DNA from: Candidatus Bathyarchaeota archaeon
Lineage (GTDB): Archaea > Thermoproteota > Bathyarchaeia > TCS64
Reading direction: 5' to 3'
DNA length: 64,000 nucleotides
Assembly (NCBI GenBank): GCA_963771885.1
Contig: CAVYVF010000023.1
Span: forward strand, 256,001 to 320,000
Shown here: positions 1 to 10,331 of the stretch, piece after piece
Position numbering within the stretch: position 1 is the stretch's first letter
Layout: each line of letters opens with the position of its first letter
Notes under the pieces: generated by a model
What the model was told of the DNA's origin: nothing
Database searches by the model: none
What the model saw: the letters and a program-made list of their open reading frames with translations, nothing else
Made by a program: the position numbers and the translations under genes

Positions 1-1836
1 GGTATAAGCATAACAATCACGGCCACAGCCACTGAAGACTGGCGTTTTAGCCACTGGATCTTAGATGGAAGCAACTCTGGTACAACCCCTAGCAAAGTCA
101 TTCACATGAACACGGATCATATTGTACTCGCAGTCTTTACGCAGGAGACACAACCTCCACCAAACCCAACGCCGGTCTTTTATTCATGCCAAATTGAAGC
201 ACAAGGATCCGGAACAACAAATCCGGCACCTGGAACCTATATCTACACTAAAAATGCTGAATTCAGCGTTCAGGCAATGCCCGATACAGGATGGCATTTT
301 GAACAATGGTACCTCGACGGGATTAGCGCAGGGATAGCGAACCCATTCACAGTCACTATGAATACTGATCACCGACTGAAGGCAGTCTTCACCCAGAATA
401 ATCCACCATCAACACTGATAGTTGTCGATGATTCGGAGATAAGTGACTCGAGGTGTGATATCAACAGCGTACAGACTGTGAGGATTCACTTCTCATGGGA
501 TAACGGGACAAGCGTATCCAGCGGAACAGCCACAGTCGGAGAACACAACATCTACGGGTACAATAGCTTATTCAAAAGGCTCGAAGTGGGGAGTGACGGA
601 TGGGTATCGTTCCAAGTGGAAAACCCAAGCCATAACGAGAAGACATGGGATGTATCAGAGGTAAACTGTACAGGTGTAACAGTTTTTTCCATGAATATTC
701 AGCCACTGAGGATTATATGGGATTTCGTCAATGTTACTTTGAGTATAATTGATGGTAGAATCGATGTTAACTCGAAGCCTGAGGTTAATTGGTCAGCCAC
801 ATACGCATATGATAATTCACCCTTCGACGGTGAAGTTGTTCTCAAGATCATCAATAGTCAGGCTTCTATGCCGAATCTTGTTGGGAAAGCTTCCTACTAT
901 GTTGAATCAGTGACCGACAACGTGTATAATTTGACTGCGATGAAGTCGAACAGCGTTGACTGTGTTTGGGACCGGGTTAAGATCGTTCAAGGCGGTGTGG
1001 CGAGTCCGCGATCTAAGACGGGGGAAGTTGTGGGTGTTTGGTTCAAGGCTGTCTATGAGTATGACTTGGAGGAGTTAACTGGCGATGTGAATGCGGACGG
1101 CGGCATCAACAAGATATTCCTGAACGGGGTTCCGATGGTTTGGTTTTCCACAGACAGAATTTGGAGGTATGACGCGAAGTCGGACTTTGGCGGTAATTTT
1201 ACCTACATTATTACGGGGGTTGAGGATACGCGGTACAAGCTATCGACTTATGTGAATGCCGCCGGTCCACGGTTCATTATTTGGGAAAAGCCGTTCTTTG
1301 AAACCCCTCTGGGTGTTCTATCAATAATGTTGTTCATCGCTGCTACGATCTTGGTAGCTGCTTTCTTTTTCCTGAATAAGTCGACGTCTAACATGGCCGG
1401 GAAACCCGGTGAAAGGCCTTCGCCAACGTTAGTCGTTGATAAGGAGCCTACCCTGAATGACTTTAAGGATCCTGAGGATGTAGAAAAAAAGCAAGTCACT
1501 GAAATTCGCGGCTCTGCAAACGTTGTGCCTATAGTTTCAAAGGCAGCTCCTAGGAATCCGGGTGCTAGTCCATATTGGAGTTTCCAAGAAATTAAGAAAA
1601 AACCAGTTAGAGATGCTCCCAAAGTTGCCCATGTAAGAGCATCTAGTGAAGTTCCTGCTTTGTATCAAGGTAAGCTGGAACGTTCCCGCGCCTATGAGCC
1701 TTGGAGCAAGGAGGAAGATGCGGAGCTAATCAAGGAATGCGAAGCGGGTAAAACTATTCTAGAAATCGCCCTCGCTCATCAAAGGAATGAAGATGGTATC
1801 CGCTCACGGATCAACAAGCTATACGAGTACAGGTAA
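1..1836 (+). CDS. 5'-partial membrane-anchored surface protein: InlB B-repeat-like modules, beta-rich ectodomain, one TM helix, cytoplasmic C-terminal Myb/HTH-like domain
   Basis: Frame is open from base 1 (GISITITATATEDWRFSHWILDG...). Repeated W-x-F-x-x-W-x-LDG...MNTDH modules; TM LGVLSIMLFIAATILVAAFFFL; C-terminal AYEPWSKEEDAELI...IALAHQRNEDGIRSRINKL. Confidence 0.7.
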   Translation, partial: GISITITATATEDWRFSHWILDGSNSGTTPSKVIHMNTDHIVLAVFTQETQPPPNPTPVFYSCQIEAQGSGTTNPAPGTYIYTKNAEFSVQAMPDTGWHFEQWYLDGISAGIANPFTVTMNTDHRLKAVFTQNNPPSTLIVVDDSEISDSRCDINSVQTVRIHFSWDNGTSVSSGTATVGEHNIYGYNSLFKRLEVGSDGWVSFQVENPSHNEKTWDVSEVNCTGVTVFSMNIQPLRIIWDFVNVTLSIIDGRIDVNSKPEVNWSATYAYDNSPFDGEVVLKIINSQASMPNLVGKASYYVESVTDNVYNLTAMKSNSVDCVWDRVKIVQGGVASPRSKTGEVVGVWFKAVYEYDLEELTGDVNADGGINKIFLNGVPMVWFSTDRIWRYDAKSDFGGNFTYIITGVEDTRYKLSTYVNAAGPRFIIWEKPFFETPLGVLSIMLFIAATILVAAFFFLNKSTSNMAGKPGERPSPTLVVDKEPTLNDFKDPEDVEKKQVTEIRGSANVVPIVSKAAPRNPGASPYWSFQEIKKKPVRDAPKVAHVRASSEVPALYQGKLERSRAYEPWSKEEDAELIKECEAGKTILEIALAHQRNEDGIRSRINKLYEYR

Positions 1837-1935
1837 CTTGTTTTAGTACAATAGTCTTATTTTTTTATTAAGTCAATTTTCTCGTTTCTAAGAGAACAGA
1901 ATCTATCATCAGTTGGTCTGAACATGATTAAATAT

Positions 1936-2601
1936 TTATTTCAAGGCTAAGAGTTCGATTATATAATTTGGGTAAAAAGATGGAACCCTTCTCATAAAAT
2001 CTTTAAATAATCTCTCTTCATATTCTTTTGCATAAATCACTTTAAAACCTGAGTTTTCTACATGATGAGTGATTGACTCGATTGAGTGGAAGTAACGCTT
2101 AATTACATTTCCAGTCAAATGACCATTATCATCGTAGGCTGGATAAGATGTCAGACAGCTTTCTTCATCATAAGTAGCCCCTTCAAGACTTGCTTCTGGG
2201 CATTTATTTGAACGGACTACGATGAAAAGTCTGCTTTTTGGTTTTAAAACTCGGTGGAATTCCTTAAGCGTTTTATCAAGACTATGTTTCTTCAAGTAAT
2301 GCAATATCAACCGTGCGTATATGAAGTCGAATGAGTTATCTGAATATTGAAGCGGTTCCTGAACGTCTTCCAACCTCAATTCTATTCTTTTAGAAAGCCC
2401 AAGTTGCTTGATCTGGTTCTTAACTTCCTCTAAGCCCTTCTCATCGATTGTTGTTGCGACAATTCTTCTCTCAGAGTTGTCTAGTATCATGCGTATCTCT
2501 GCTCGGCCTCCGGTGCTCATTCCGGGGGAAAAAACCATTTTACAATCTTTACTAATTAGAGTGAGACCATTTTCTTCGCTCTCGGAGAATCCACTCACCA
2601 T
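1936..2601 (-). CDS. Class I SAM-dependent methyltransferase
   Basis: SFDFIYARLILHY and EFHRVLKP motifs; degenerate motif I (FSPGMSTGG); AT-rich. Confidence 0.8.
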   Translation of the reverse strand: MVSGFSESEENGLTLISKDCKMVFSPGMSTGGRAEIRMILDNSERRIVATTIDEKGLEEVKNQIKQLGLSKRIELRLEDVQEPLQYSDNSFDFIYARLILHYLKKHSLDKTLKEFHRVLKPKSRLFIVVRSNKCPEASLEGATYDEESCLTSYPAYDDNGHLTGNVIKRYFHSIESITHHVENSGFKVIYAKEYEERLFKDFMRRVPSFYPNYIIELLALK

Positions 2602-2741
2602 AGATAATTATTAATGTTTCTTTCTTAAATTGTATTTGTCTCAATTATTTCCAGATTTTTATTTTTCTTTGTGATGCGTGCTTAGGGTAATAAGAGTAAA
2701 TTTGGTGGATTATCTCTGTTTGTTTGTTTTCCTCTATCTTG

Positions 2742-2776
2742 TGCGTTGCGGTGTGGTGTGGCGTGGTATGGTGTTG
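2742..2776. repeat. Imperfect 5-bp tandem repeat (TGTGG-like, about 7 units) in a TG-rich intergenic tract
   Basis: tgcgt tgcgg tgtgg tgtgg cgtgg tatgg tgttg read directly. Confidence 0.5.
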
Positions 2777-2825
2777 TAGAGTGTGTGTGGGGGAAAAGAC
2801 TTTACCCCAAAAATGCCCGAGCGTT

Positions 2826-3956
2826 CTAGGTGTATTTTCCTCGCGCCGTGATTGGCCAAACGGCAGCTACACGTCCACCTTTCACCACCAGCATCTCCTC
2901 GTGCTGATTCACACAAGTGCAGCAGTGGCTGGGGGTGAGCTGCAGCTTGTTACCCCACTTTATCCTCTTCCTCTCCGGGTCCCCCTCTTTGAAGCGGAGG
3001 GTGCAGTGCTCCTCACTAAGCCCCGCCCGTTCGAAGTGTATGGGCTCCCCGTCCTTGCTGGCAAGCACCGCTGGCTTGGCGTCCGGGTCACCCCCACTCA
3101 GCACCTTCAGCCCTGCGTCCAGCACAACCCTATCCGAGAAGTTGTCGCTGATTACCTGGGACAGCACCGTTAGGCTGCTCTTGAAGTAGACGTTATTGTT
3201 GGTGCTCCACCCGTACCCGGACCCTTCGGGGCCGGCGCCGAAGACGAAACTCCCCGGCTCGATCTCCGTTATGCCCGGATAGCTCCCTGTCACCTCGTAG
3301 GTGTCCGTCGACCCAGCAGACACGATCTCCACGGGTATCCCCGCCTCACGGATCATGTTCGCCGTGTCCACCGTCAGCTTGTCCCTCTCCAGCGCCGTCT
3401 CGCGGGGCACCGGGTTCTCATACCCGTAGATCCCCCTGAAGACGATCCCCTTCTTCTTGGCGATGTACTTCGCCAGGTCGACGGTGGGCTTCCCCGGCGC
3501 CGTGCCGCAGCGCCCGTGGCTCATCTCGATCACCACGTGCTGCTTCACTTTCCACTTGCTCGCCGCCTCATCAATCATATCGACCTCGCGTGCATCATCA
3601 ACGCTGGTGAGCACCTTACCCTCACCCATCGCCACGTTGTATCCGATGAGCCTCTCGACCTTCCCCGGGTCCGTCAACTCCTGGCTCACCAGGATGTTCT
3701 TATCACCATACAGAATACCACTATTGAGCAGCGCCTCAGCCTCGCTCAGCTTCTGAGTCATAATGCCGATCGCCCCCGCCGCGATCAACCGGTTACAGAT
3801 GGCTGCAGCCTTGAACGTCTTCGCATGTGGACGAACATTCACCTTAGCCTTCTTAGCAAAGGTGAACATTTTGTCAACATTCCACTCGAACTTGTCCAGG
3901 TCCAGCACTAGCGCCGGAGTTGGAACCTCCTCCAAAGACTTGCCAACAAGCGACAT
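2826..3956 (-). CDS. Fold-type III PLP enzyme, D-threonine aldolase / DSD1 D-serine dehydratase family
   Basis: TPALVLDLD, RPHAKT (PLP lysine), DAGLK, SEEH and PSHCCTCVN motifs. Confidence 0.85.
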   Translation of the reverse strand: MSLVGKSLEEVPTPALVLDLDKFEWNVDKMFTFAKKAKVNVRPHAKTFKAAAICNRLIAAGAIGIMTQKLSEAEALLNSGILYGDKNILVSQELTDPGKVERLIGYNVAMGEGKVLTSVDDAREVDMIDEAASKWKVKQHVVIEMSHGRCGTAPGKPTVDLAKYIAKKKGIVFRGIYGYENPVPRETALERDKLTVDTANMIREAGIPVEIVSAGSTDTYEVTGSYPGITEIEPGSFVFGAGPEGSGYGWSTNNNVYFKSSLTVLSQVISDNFSDRVVLDAGLKVLSGGDPDAKPAVLASKDGEPIHFERAGLSEEHCTLRFKEGDPERKRIKWGNKLQLTPSHCCTCVNQHEEMLVVKGGRVAAVWPITARGKYT

Positions 3957-4204
3957 CTTAGATCAAACAGCGTACACCCCAAACATATGTTAAACCTTCC
4001 CCAGCACAGATCAGTCAAATTCAAAAATTCCCCATAGCAGAACATGATAAGAAGGAAGGGTGATCCCCCTCTCCACCGAAGTCGCCTGTGGTTCCATCGG
4101 CTAAGCCACCCAAGCCACACTGAAAATAATACACGCTCTCCAAGACAGACAACCAACGCCGGGAAAGCCGAGTGCATATTAGGCTCAACCCCTAAACAAC
4201 ACAC

Positions 4205-4837
4205 ATGTCCACCGACGAGGAAGCCCTTCAAGCAATAATCGAAAAAGCCGCCCAGGAACTACAGGGGCGAGAGAAAGCCAGGGACGAGGTACTGGCGAGG
4301 GCGCGCAAGGCACGCCAGCTCTCGAAGCAGGCCATACTCCTCGACCACAACAACCAGCGAGAGAAGGCGGCGACGAACCTTGCCGAGGCGCGCCGCCTTA
4401 TAGATGAGATACGCCCACACGCAGAGTCCTGCCCCGAGCTCGAGCAATATGAGGAGGTCGAGGCAGCCCATGAGGAGCACGCCGAGGCGACAATCCTGCA
4501 CTCCCTCCTCACGAAGAACAAATATCCAACAATCGAACAGGCAGCCGCTTCCCCGACGAGATACTTGATGGGACTCGGCGATGTCCCTGGTGAGCTGCGG
4601 CGCGAGGCCCTCGACGCCCTCAGAACTGGTGACTTGGAGAAGGCGGAGGAATATCTCGACCGAATGGAGCAGATCTACCTACAACTCATGGCGATGGAGG
4701 ACTCGGGGCTTCTCAAGGGGCTGAGGCGCAAACTCGACATAGCCCGAGCCGTCATCGAGGCGACGCGCAGCGAGGTCACCGCCGAGACCGGTCGGAAGCG
4801 ACTCAGTGACCAGCTAAAGGAACTGAAACGCCCCTAA
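4205..4837 (+). CDS. Translin/TRAX family protein (archaeal C3PO-like RNase)
   Basis: Helical protein with EEHAEA, YLMGLGDVPGELRR and LRRKLD motifs. Confidence 0.85.
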   Translation: MSTDEEALQAIIEKAAQELQGREKARDEVLARARKARQLSKQAILLDHNNQREKAATNLAEARRLIDEIRPHAESCPELEQYEEVEAAHEEHAEATILHSLLTKNKYPTIEQAAASPTRYLMGLGDVPGELRREALDALRTGDLEKAEEYLDRMEQIYLQLMAMEDSGLLKGLRRKLDIARAVIEATRSEVTAETGRKRLSDQLKELKRP

Positions 4838-4983
4838 AACAGGGTGCAAAACCCTCAACCCTTATAAATGTCAAAACCCACCCAAACCCAGCTAGAAGGG
4901 AAGAATGAGACTATTGTGTACAGTAGTCCAAGTCTGAATATTCGACCCAGCCTAGCGGAGCATAGATTCTGGAGGAGAACAAT

Positions 4984-6444
4984 GTGACCCCAGCCCACCT
5001 TGAACTATACGACACGATGACACGCTCGAAGCGCCCCTTCGAGCCACTTGAGCCAGGGAAGGTCAAAATGTACGCATGTGGCCCAACCGTCTACGGCGAC
5101 CCACACATAGGAAACTTCCGCAGCTTCATCTCAACCGACCTGCTCCGCCGCTGGCTCGAATACAGTGGCTACGACGTCACCATGGTAATGAACGTCACAG
5201 ACATCGACGACAAGACCATTCGCGACTCGGCCAAGGCGGGTGAACCCATCAAGCAGTTCACCCAGAAGTATACACGAAGCTTCCTACGCGGACTAGACGC
5301 GATGAACATACGCCGAGCCACGACCAACCCACGCGCCACCGAGTACATCCCACAGATGATCACCTTCATACAAGCCCTCATCGACAAAGGCGCCGCCTAC
5401 GTCGCAGAGGACGGCGTCTACTTCGACATAGACAAGTACCCCGGCTACGGGCGCCTTAGCGGCATGGACCTCGCCCAAGCCCAGACCACCGAGCGAATGG
5501 CCAAAGACGAGTACGACAAGGAGGCGGCTCAGGACTTCGCCCTCTGGAAGAAGAGCACCCCCGAGGAGCTGAAGCGGAGCGAGACGGAGCCCGGCCTCGC
5601 CTGGGACAGCCCATGGGGCATGGGGCGCCCCGGCTGGCACATTGAGTGCAGCGTCATGACACGCGACCTCCTTGGAGACACCCTGGACATACACGCCGGC
5701 GGAGAGGACCTCGTATTCCCACACCACACAAACGAGATCGCCCAGTCGGAGACCCTCACGGAGAAGCAGTTCGTCCGCTACTGGGTCCACATACGCCACC
5801 TCATGATCAACGGCAAGAAGATGAGCAAGAGCCTCGGCAACTACGTTAGCTTCGACGAGGTCCTCGCCAAGTACAGCGCCGACGCCTTCCGCTACTTCTA
5901 CCTAGGCACCCACTACAGGCGCCCCCTCGACTACACAGACGACGCCATGAAGGGCGCCGAGGGCTCCGCCAAACGCCTCGAGAACACACTGGACCTCCTC
6001 GACGCCGCCATGAAGGGGGCTGACGAGAACCTCGACCTTGGGCCGAGCGAGCGCAAGCTACTAGAGGAAGTTGAGAAGTACCGCGCCGACTTCGAGGCGG
6101 CGATGAACGACGACCTTGACAGCCACACAGCCCTAGACTCCCTTCACGCGATGAGTGGTGCAATAAACGAGTACCTAACCGGAGCGCCGAACAAAGGAGT
6201 CGTACTCAAGGCACACATGACCTATCGAAGCCTGCTCGACTCCCTCGGCCTATTCGAGAAGCGGGGAGGAGGAGCCGACAAACTCACCGAGGATCTCATC
6301 AAGTTCCTCATCGACCTACGCAACCAGTTCAGGAAGGAGAAGAACTACAAGGCAGCAGACGAGGTCAGAAACAAGCTCACCGCCCTCGGAGTCACGCTAG
6401 CGGACAGCGCCGGGTCGACGACGTGGAAGATAGAGAAAAAGTAA
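4984..6444 (+). CDS. cysS: Cysteinyl-tRNA synthetase
   Basis: CGPTVY, HIGN, DFALWK, GRPGWHIEC and KMSKS motifs. Confidence 0.97.
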   Translation: MTPAHLELYDTMTRSKRPFEPLEPGKVKMYACGPTVYGDPHIGNFRSFISTDLLRRWLEYSGYDVTMVMNVTDIDDKTIRDSAKAGEPIKQFTQKYTRSFLRGLDAMNIRRATTNPRATEYIPQMITFIQALIDKGAAYVAEDGVYFDIDKYPGYGRLSGMDLAQAQTTERMAKDEYDKEAAQDFALWKKSTPEELKRSETEPGLAWDSPWGMGRPGWHIECSVMTRDLLGDTLDIHAGGEDLVFPHHTNEIAQSETLTEKQFVRYWVHIRHLMINGKKMSKSLGNYVSFDEVLAKYSADAFRYFYLGTHYRRPLDYTDDAMKGAEGSAKRLENTLDLLDAAMKGADENLDLGPSERKLLEEVEKYRADFEAAMNDDLDSHTALDSLHAMSGAINEYLTGAPNKGVVLKAHMTYRSLLDSLGLFEKRGGGADKLTEDLIKFLIDLRNQFRKEKNYKAADEVRNKLTALGVTLADSAGSTTWKIEKK

Positions 6445-6517
6445 AGAAAATCTTGACGCCCCGTAATCTGAGGCTAGTTGGGTCAATTTATAAAGTTGTA
6501 TAGTTGAAGGGGGCAGA

Positions 6518-7757
6518 CTACTTTTTCAGGTACTCGAAGGCGGAGAGCAGGTGCACCTTCGTGAGGTGAATGAGTTCCTCGACCTCGACGTACTCGTCTA
6601 TGGTTCCCATTCCGTGGTTGGTAGGGCCGTAGTAGTAGCTTGGTATGCCGCGTTCTCGCCAGAACTTGAGGTCCGAGCCTCCTAGGCTGATTATCGGCTT
6701 CGGGTCGATGCCTAGGAGGCGGGCGTTCCCCCTAATTATCTCCGCCATCTCCCCCGCCGGCGGGCTCCAGAGCGGCCCATCGTACCGGATTTCCTCGACC
6801 TCGGCACCAGGGTAGCGGGAGACAATCTGCCTGACGTGAGGCATAATGTCGTCCTTGGACAGGCCGGGAGGGAGGCGCAGATCGAGCTCGAACGTGCAGT
6901 CCCTCGGTATCATGTTGATCTTAAGGCCACCACTGATCACACCAATATTGACCGAGACGCGAGACATCACGTCGGCGCCGCCGGGGCCAAGCGCCTTCTC
7001 AGCGGCTTCCCGCCCCTCGCTTATCGCCTCGGCGAGGTCAGAGGGGTACGGGACGGGCACGTCCTTTAATGCCTCGAGGTCGGTGGCAAGCTTCGCGGCT
7101 ATCTTGATCGGGTTCGGGCTCAGGTGCGTGTAGGCTCCATGCGCTCCGGGGGCTCGAACTATGACTCGTAGCCAGAGTATTCCCTTCTCGCCGAAGCGGA
7201 GCGTATACGGGCTGCTCGGCTCCCCGTTTATGACAGCAGTCCCCCTTGACCTCGGGGACGTTCTCGACAAGCCAGCCCGAGCCGAGGCGCCCACCCGACT
7301 CCTCGTCGCTGACGACTGTGAGTGTAGCGCTGCCTGATAGTTCCTCCCCCAACTCGTTTAGGACGGCGTAAGCATAGATTGAGGCGGTCGTCCCCGCCTT
7401 CATGTCACATGCTCCCCTCCCATAGATGCGACCGTCGACGAGCGCCCCATCCCATGGAGGATGATTCCACCCTGCACCATCCCCTACGGGGAAGACGTCG
7501 ATGTGCCCGTTCATGACGAGGTTTCTCCCCGGCTTTCCGAACTTTACGTTGGAGACGATGTTCGGCTTCTCTGCGTCAGGGCCAACCGTCCAGTACCTTA
7601 TTCCCCGCTCATCGAGGAACTTCCCCACGTAGCTTGCCGCCTCACGCGTGTCGCCCGGCGGGTTCGGGCTCTTCGCCGCAATGAGCCCCCTCAGGAAACT
7701 GATGATGGTCTCCCTATCCGCCTCTACCCTCTCGATGAGCTGATTCTTCGTCGCCAA
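6518..7757 (-). pseudogene. M20/ArgE/DapE family deacylase, split by a +1 frameshift near 7232-7245 (possibly a sequence error)
   Basis: N-half has NGHIDV, GRGACDMKAG and DEE; C-half has INGEPS, GAHG and GGSD...HGMGTIDEYV. Removing one base joins the two ORFs. Likely TTG start at 7757. Confidence 0.85.
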
Positions 7758-7857
7758 GCAGTATCCGTAGCAATTACTACGCTTTGAGGATAAAACGATG
7801 GACAGAACAATGGCTGTCCTACGAGGTTTTTTCCACCCTCGTAACAACCACGTATCC

Positions 7858-8694
7858 ATGAATCCTTACAACGAGTACGGTAAGAGGATCGAAGAGCAAT
7901 TACGCCCAGCTAGCTACCCACTCGCAGTGAAGATGCTGAGAAGCGCCGATGAGGTGCCGACTGAAGCCGAGAGGCCTCTTCGCAACTACGGCGTCTGCAT
8001 GTCTACTTGCCAGTGCTTCTCACTGGCAAGGAAGTTTGGCAAAACCGTGGCGCAGCTCTTCGAGGACATGTGGTGCCCCGAGCCAGTCATTGGATTCGGC
8101 TTAGCAGATCCACCAAAGGTCTTCCTCGAAGGCCTTACGAGGCACCCCGACGGCGTTTCCTCGGCTGAGGCCGGGGCGAATTGGGCGAGGGAGTTTCCAA
8201 GGTTTAAGCCGGGAGAGTACGCGGGGATCGCGATAGCGCCGCTCAAGACGGCGAGTTTCGAGCCTGACGCAGCTGTCATCTACTGCAACTCGGCCCAACT
8301 ACTGAGGCTTCTTCTAGGCATCGCCTACAGGGATGGTAGGGATATCACAACGGTCCTGGGAGGCCACTCCGCCTGCGTATACGCCGTCGTCCCCAGCATG
8401 GTCAAGGGGGAGTGCCAGGTATCCGTCCCGTGCCGGGGAGACAGGGGCTATGCTGGAGCGCAGGACGATGAGATGATATTCACAGCGCCGAAGGAGAAGA
8501 TAGGTGAGCTCGTCCATGGCCTTGAGCAGAGGGGCACAAGCAGCATGCCGACCCGCTACACCATGGCACCGGAGTACAAGCTCTCGAAAGGCTACGCCGA
8601 GGCCGCCCGACAAATGGGGCAGAAGCGGTCGGACGGCTCTAGGATCGAGGGATTCGACGAGAAGGAGCGCCTTCTCTCCCTCCAGTATAGGTAA
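7858..8694 (+). CDS. DUF169 family protein
   Basis: YPLAVK, CQCFSLAR, WCP, HSAC and VPCRGDR..AGAQDDEM patterns. Confidence 0.8.
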   Translation: MNPYNEYGKRIEEQLRPASYPLAVKMLRSADEVPTEAERPLRNYGVCMSTCQCFSLARKFGKTVAQLFEDMWCPEPVIGFGLADPPKVFLEGLTRHPDGVSSAEAGANWAREFPRFKPGEYAGIAIAPLKTASFEPDAAVIYCNSAQLLRLLLGIAYRDGRDITTVLGGHSACVYAVVPSMVKGECQVSVPCRGDRGYAGAQDDEMIFTAPKEKIGELVHGLEQRGTSSMPTRYTMAPEYKLSKGYAEAARQMGQKRSDGSRIEGFDEKERLLSLQYR

Positions 8695-8726
8695 GCCTCA
8701 ATACCGAAGCGGCGTATCAGACCCCC

Positions 8727-10265
8727 ATGAACGTGTTTAACCCGGATGTGCTTGTGATCGGGAGTGGTGCAGCTGGGCTACGAGCCGCCATCGAGGCTGA
8801 GAGACTCGGCGCCCACACACTCGTTTTATCCAAAGCCCCAGCGGGCATGAGGACGGCGAGTGCCGTGACAAACGGTTCCTTCAGGGCTGCGGTGGGTGGC
8901 GCTTCGAAGGAGGAGCACTTCAAGGCGACCCTTGACGCTGGGAAGGGTCTATGCGACCCCGCCCTCGTTAACGTGCTCGTCGAGGAGGGTCCGGAGAGGA
9001 TCGCGGAGCTTGAGCGCTTCGGTATGGCAATACAGATCCGTAAGGGTTCTGCCACATGTGGAGACGATCCGCAGGCTCGCGGAATGGGCTTCGTCAAGCC
9101 CCTCGTCGCCTACGCCAAGGAGCAGGGAGTGGAGTTCCTCGAAAACTGCGCTGTGTCAAGCCTCCTGCAGGACCACGGCAGGGTCGTTGGGGCTGTGGGA
9201 TATGCTGGTGAACCCGTCACAATCTACGCCAAGGCGACCATACTCGCAACGGGGGGTTGCGCCGCACTGTACCTTAGGACGGACGCCCCTCTCCCCCTCC
9301 TCGGTGACGGCTACTCACTTGCCTACGAGGCTGGCGCAACACTCAGGGACATGGAGTTCAGCCAGTTCGTACCAGTCGGCCTCGCCGAGAAAGGCCTGCC
9401 CCTCGTCGTCATCTACGGCGACCTAGTCGACAAGGGCGTCGTACTCAACTCTGAGGGCGAGGACATCGTGAAGAAGTACAACATCACGGCACGCCCTCTC
9501 ACTACCATGGCCCGGGACCAATTCAGCGCCGCCATGATGAGGGAGGTCACCGAGGGCAGAGGCGTGGACGGCGCCGTCCTCCTGGACGCGACCAAGGTAG
9601 TCAAGGAGGTTGGCCTTGAGGCGCTCATCACCGTCAATGCGCAGAGGAAGGCCCTAGAGGACGCCGGGGTCAGGGAGAGACCCATCAAGATCGCCCCCGT
9701 CAGCCACTTCACCATGGGCGGAGTAGTAATCACCCCAGAATGCTCCACAAGCCTACCCGGACTCTTCGCAGCTGGCGAAGTCACGGGTGGACTTCACGGC
9801 GCTAACCGCATCGGCGGCAACGCAATGACTGAGATCATTGTTTTCGGCGCCAGAGCAGGTGCGAACGCCGCAGCCGAGGCGAAGAAAGCTCAGAAGCCCA
9901 ACGCCGTGAAGCAGACAGAGGCCGAGATCGACTCGTACATAAAGACCCTGACCGGTGAGACATGCAACAGCCCACTCCCTGATCTGAGAAAGACGATGTG
10001 GGACAAGGTCGGCATCGTTAGAAGTGAAGGATCTCTAGAGGAAGCACTCAAACAGATAGTGGGCTACCAAAAGACCGTAGAAACACTGACGGCGGCTGAC
10101 GACTCTGCACTCCGAACAATAATAGAGACGAAGCTTGCCGCCAAGGCAGCAGGGCTAGTAACAGCCTCCGCATTGAGGAGGAAGGAGAGCCGCGGTACAC
10201 ATTACCGTAACGACTTTCCCAACCAGTCAGAACAATATGCCCAGTCAATCACCGTCAAGAAATAA
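8727..10265 (+). CDS. FAD-dependent oxidoreductase, succinate dehydrogenase/fumarate reductase/L-aspartate oxidase flavoprotein family
   Basis: GSGAAG, ATGG, DMEFSQF, HFTMGG, GLHGANRIGGN and RKESRGTHYRNDFP motifs. Confidence 0.85.
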   Translation: MNVFNPDVLVIGSGAAGLRAAIEAERLGAHTLVLSKAPAGMRTASAVTNGSFRAAVGGASKEEHFKATLDAGKGLCDPALVNVLVEEGPERIAELERFGMAIQIRKGSATCGDDPQARGMGFVKPLVAYAKEQGVEFLENCAVSSLLQDHGRVVGAVGYAGEPVTIYAKATILATGGCAALYLRTDAPLPLLGDGYSLAYEAGATLRDMEFSQFVPVGLAEKGLPLVVIYGDLVDKGVVLNSEGEDIVKKYNITARPLTTMARDQFSAAMMREVTEGRGVDGAVLLDATKVVKEVGLEALITVNAQRKALEDAGVRERPIKIAPVSHFTMGGVVITPECSTSLPGLFAAGEVTGGLHGANRIGGNAMTEIIVFGARAGANAAAEAKKAQKPNAVKQTEAEIDSYIKTLTGETCNSPLPDLRKTMWDKVGIVRSEGSLEEALKQIVGYQKTVETLTAADDSALRTIIETKLAAKAAGLVTASALRRKESRGTHYRNDFPNQSEQYAQSITVKK

Positions 10266-10331
10266 CAAGCACGTGTTTGCGATTTCAAATACAATTATTA
10301 ATCAATTCAGAAGCTGCGAACCACAAGTTGC

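Noticed and set aside
2724..3173. ORF with a Cys/Val-rich N-terminus
   Set aside because: A translation of the TG-rich tract, antisense to the DSD1-family gene.
3960..4204. Long intergenic region with ATGATAA...CTGA as a possible C/D-box RNA
   Set aside because: The C box is imperfect, and there are no convincing C'/D' boxes or terminal stem.
4908..4927. Near-palindrome gactattgtgtacagtagtc upstream of cysS
   Set aside because: Single occurrence with no support for a function.
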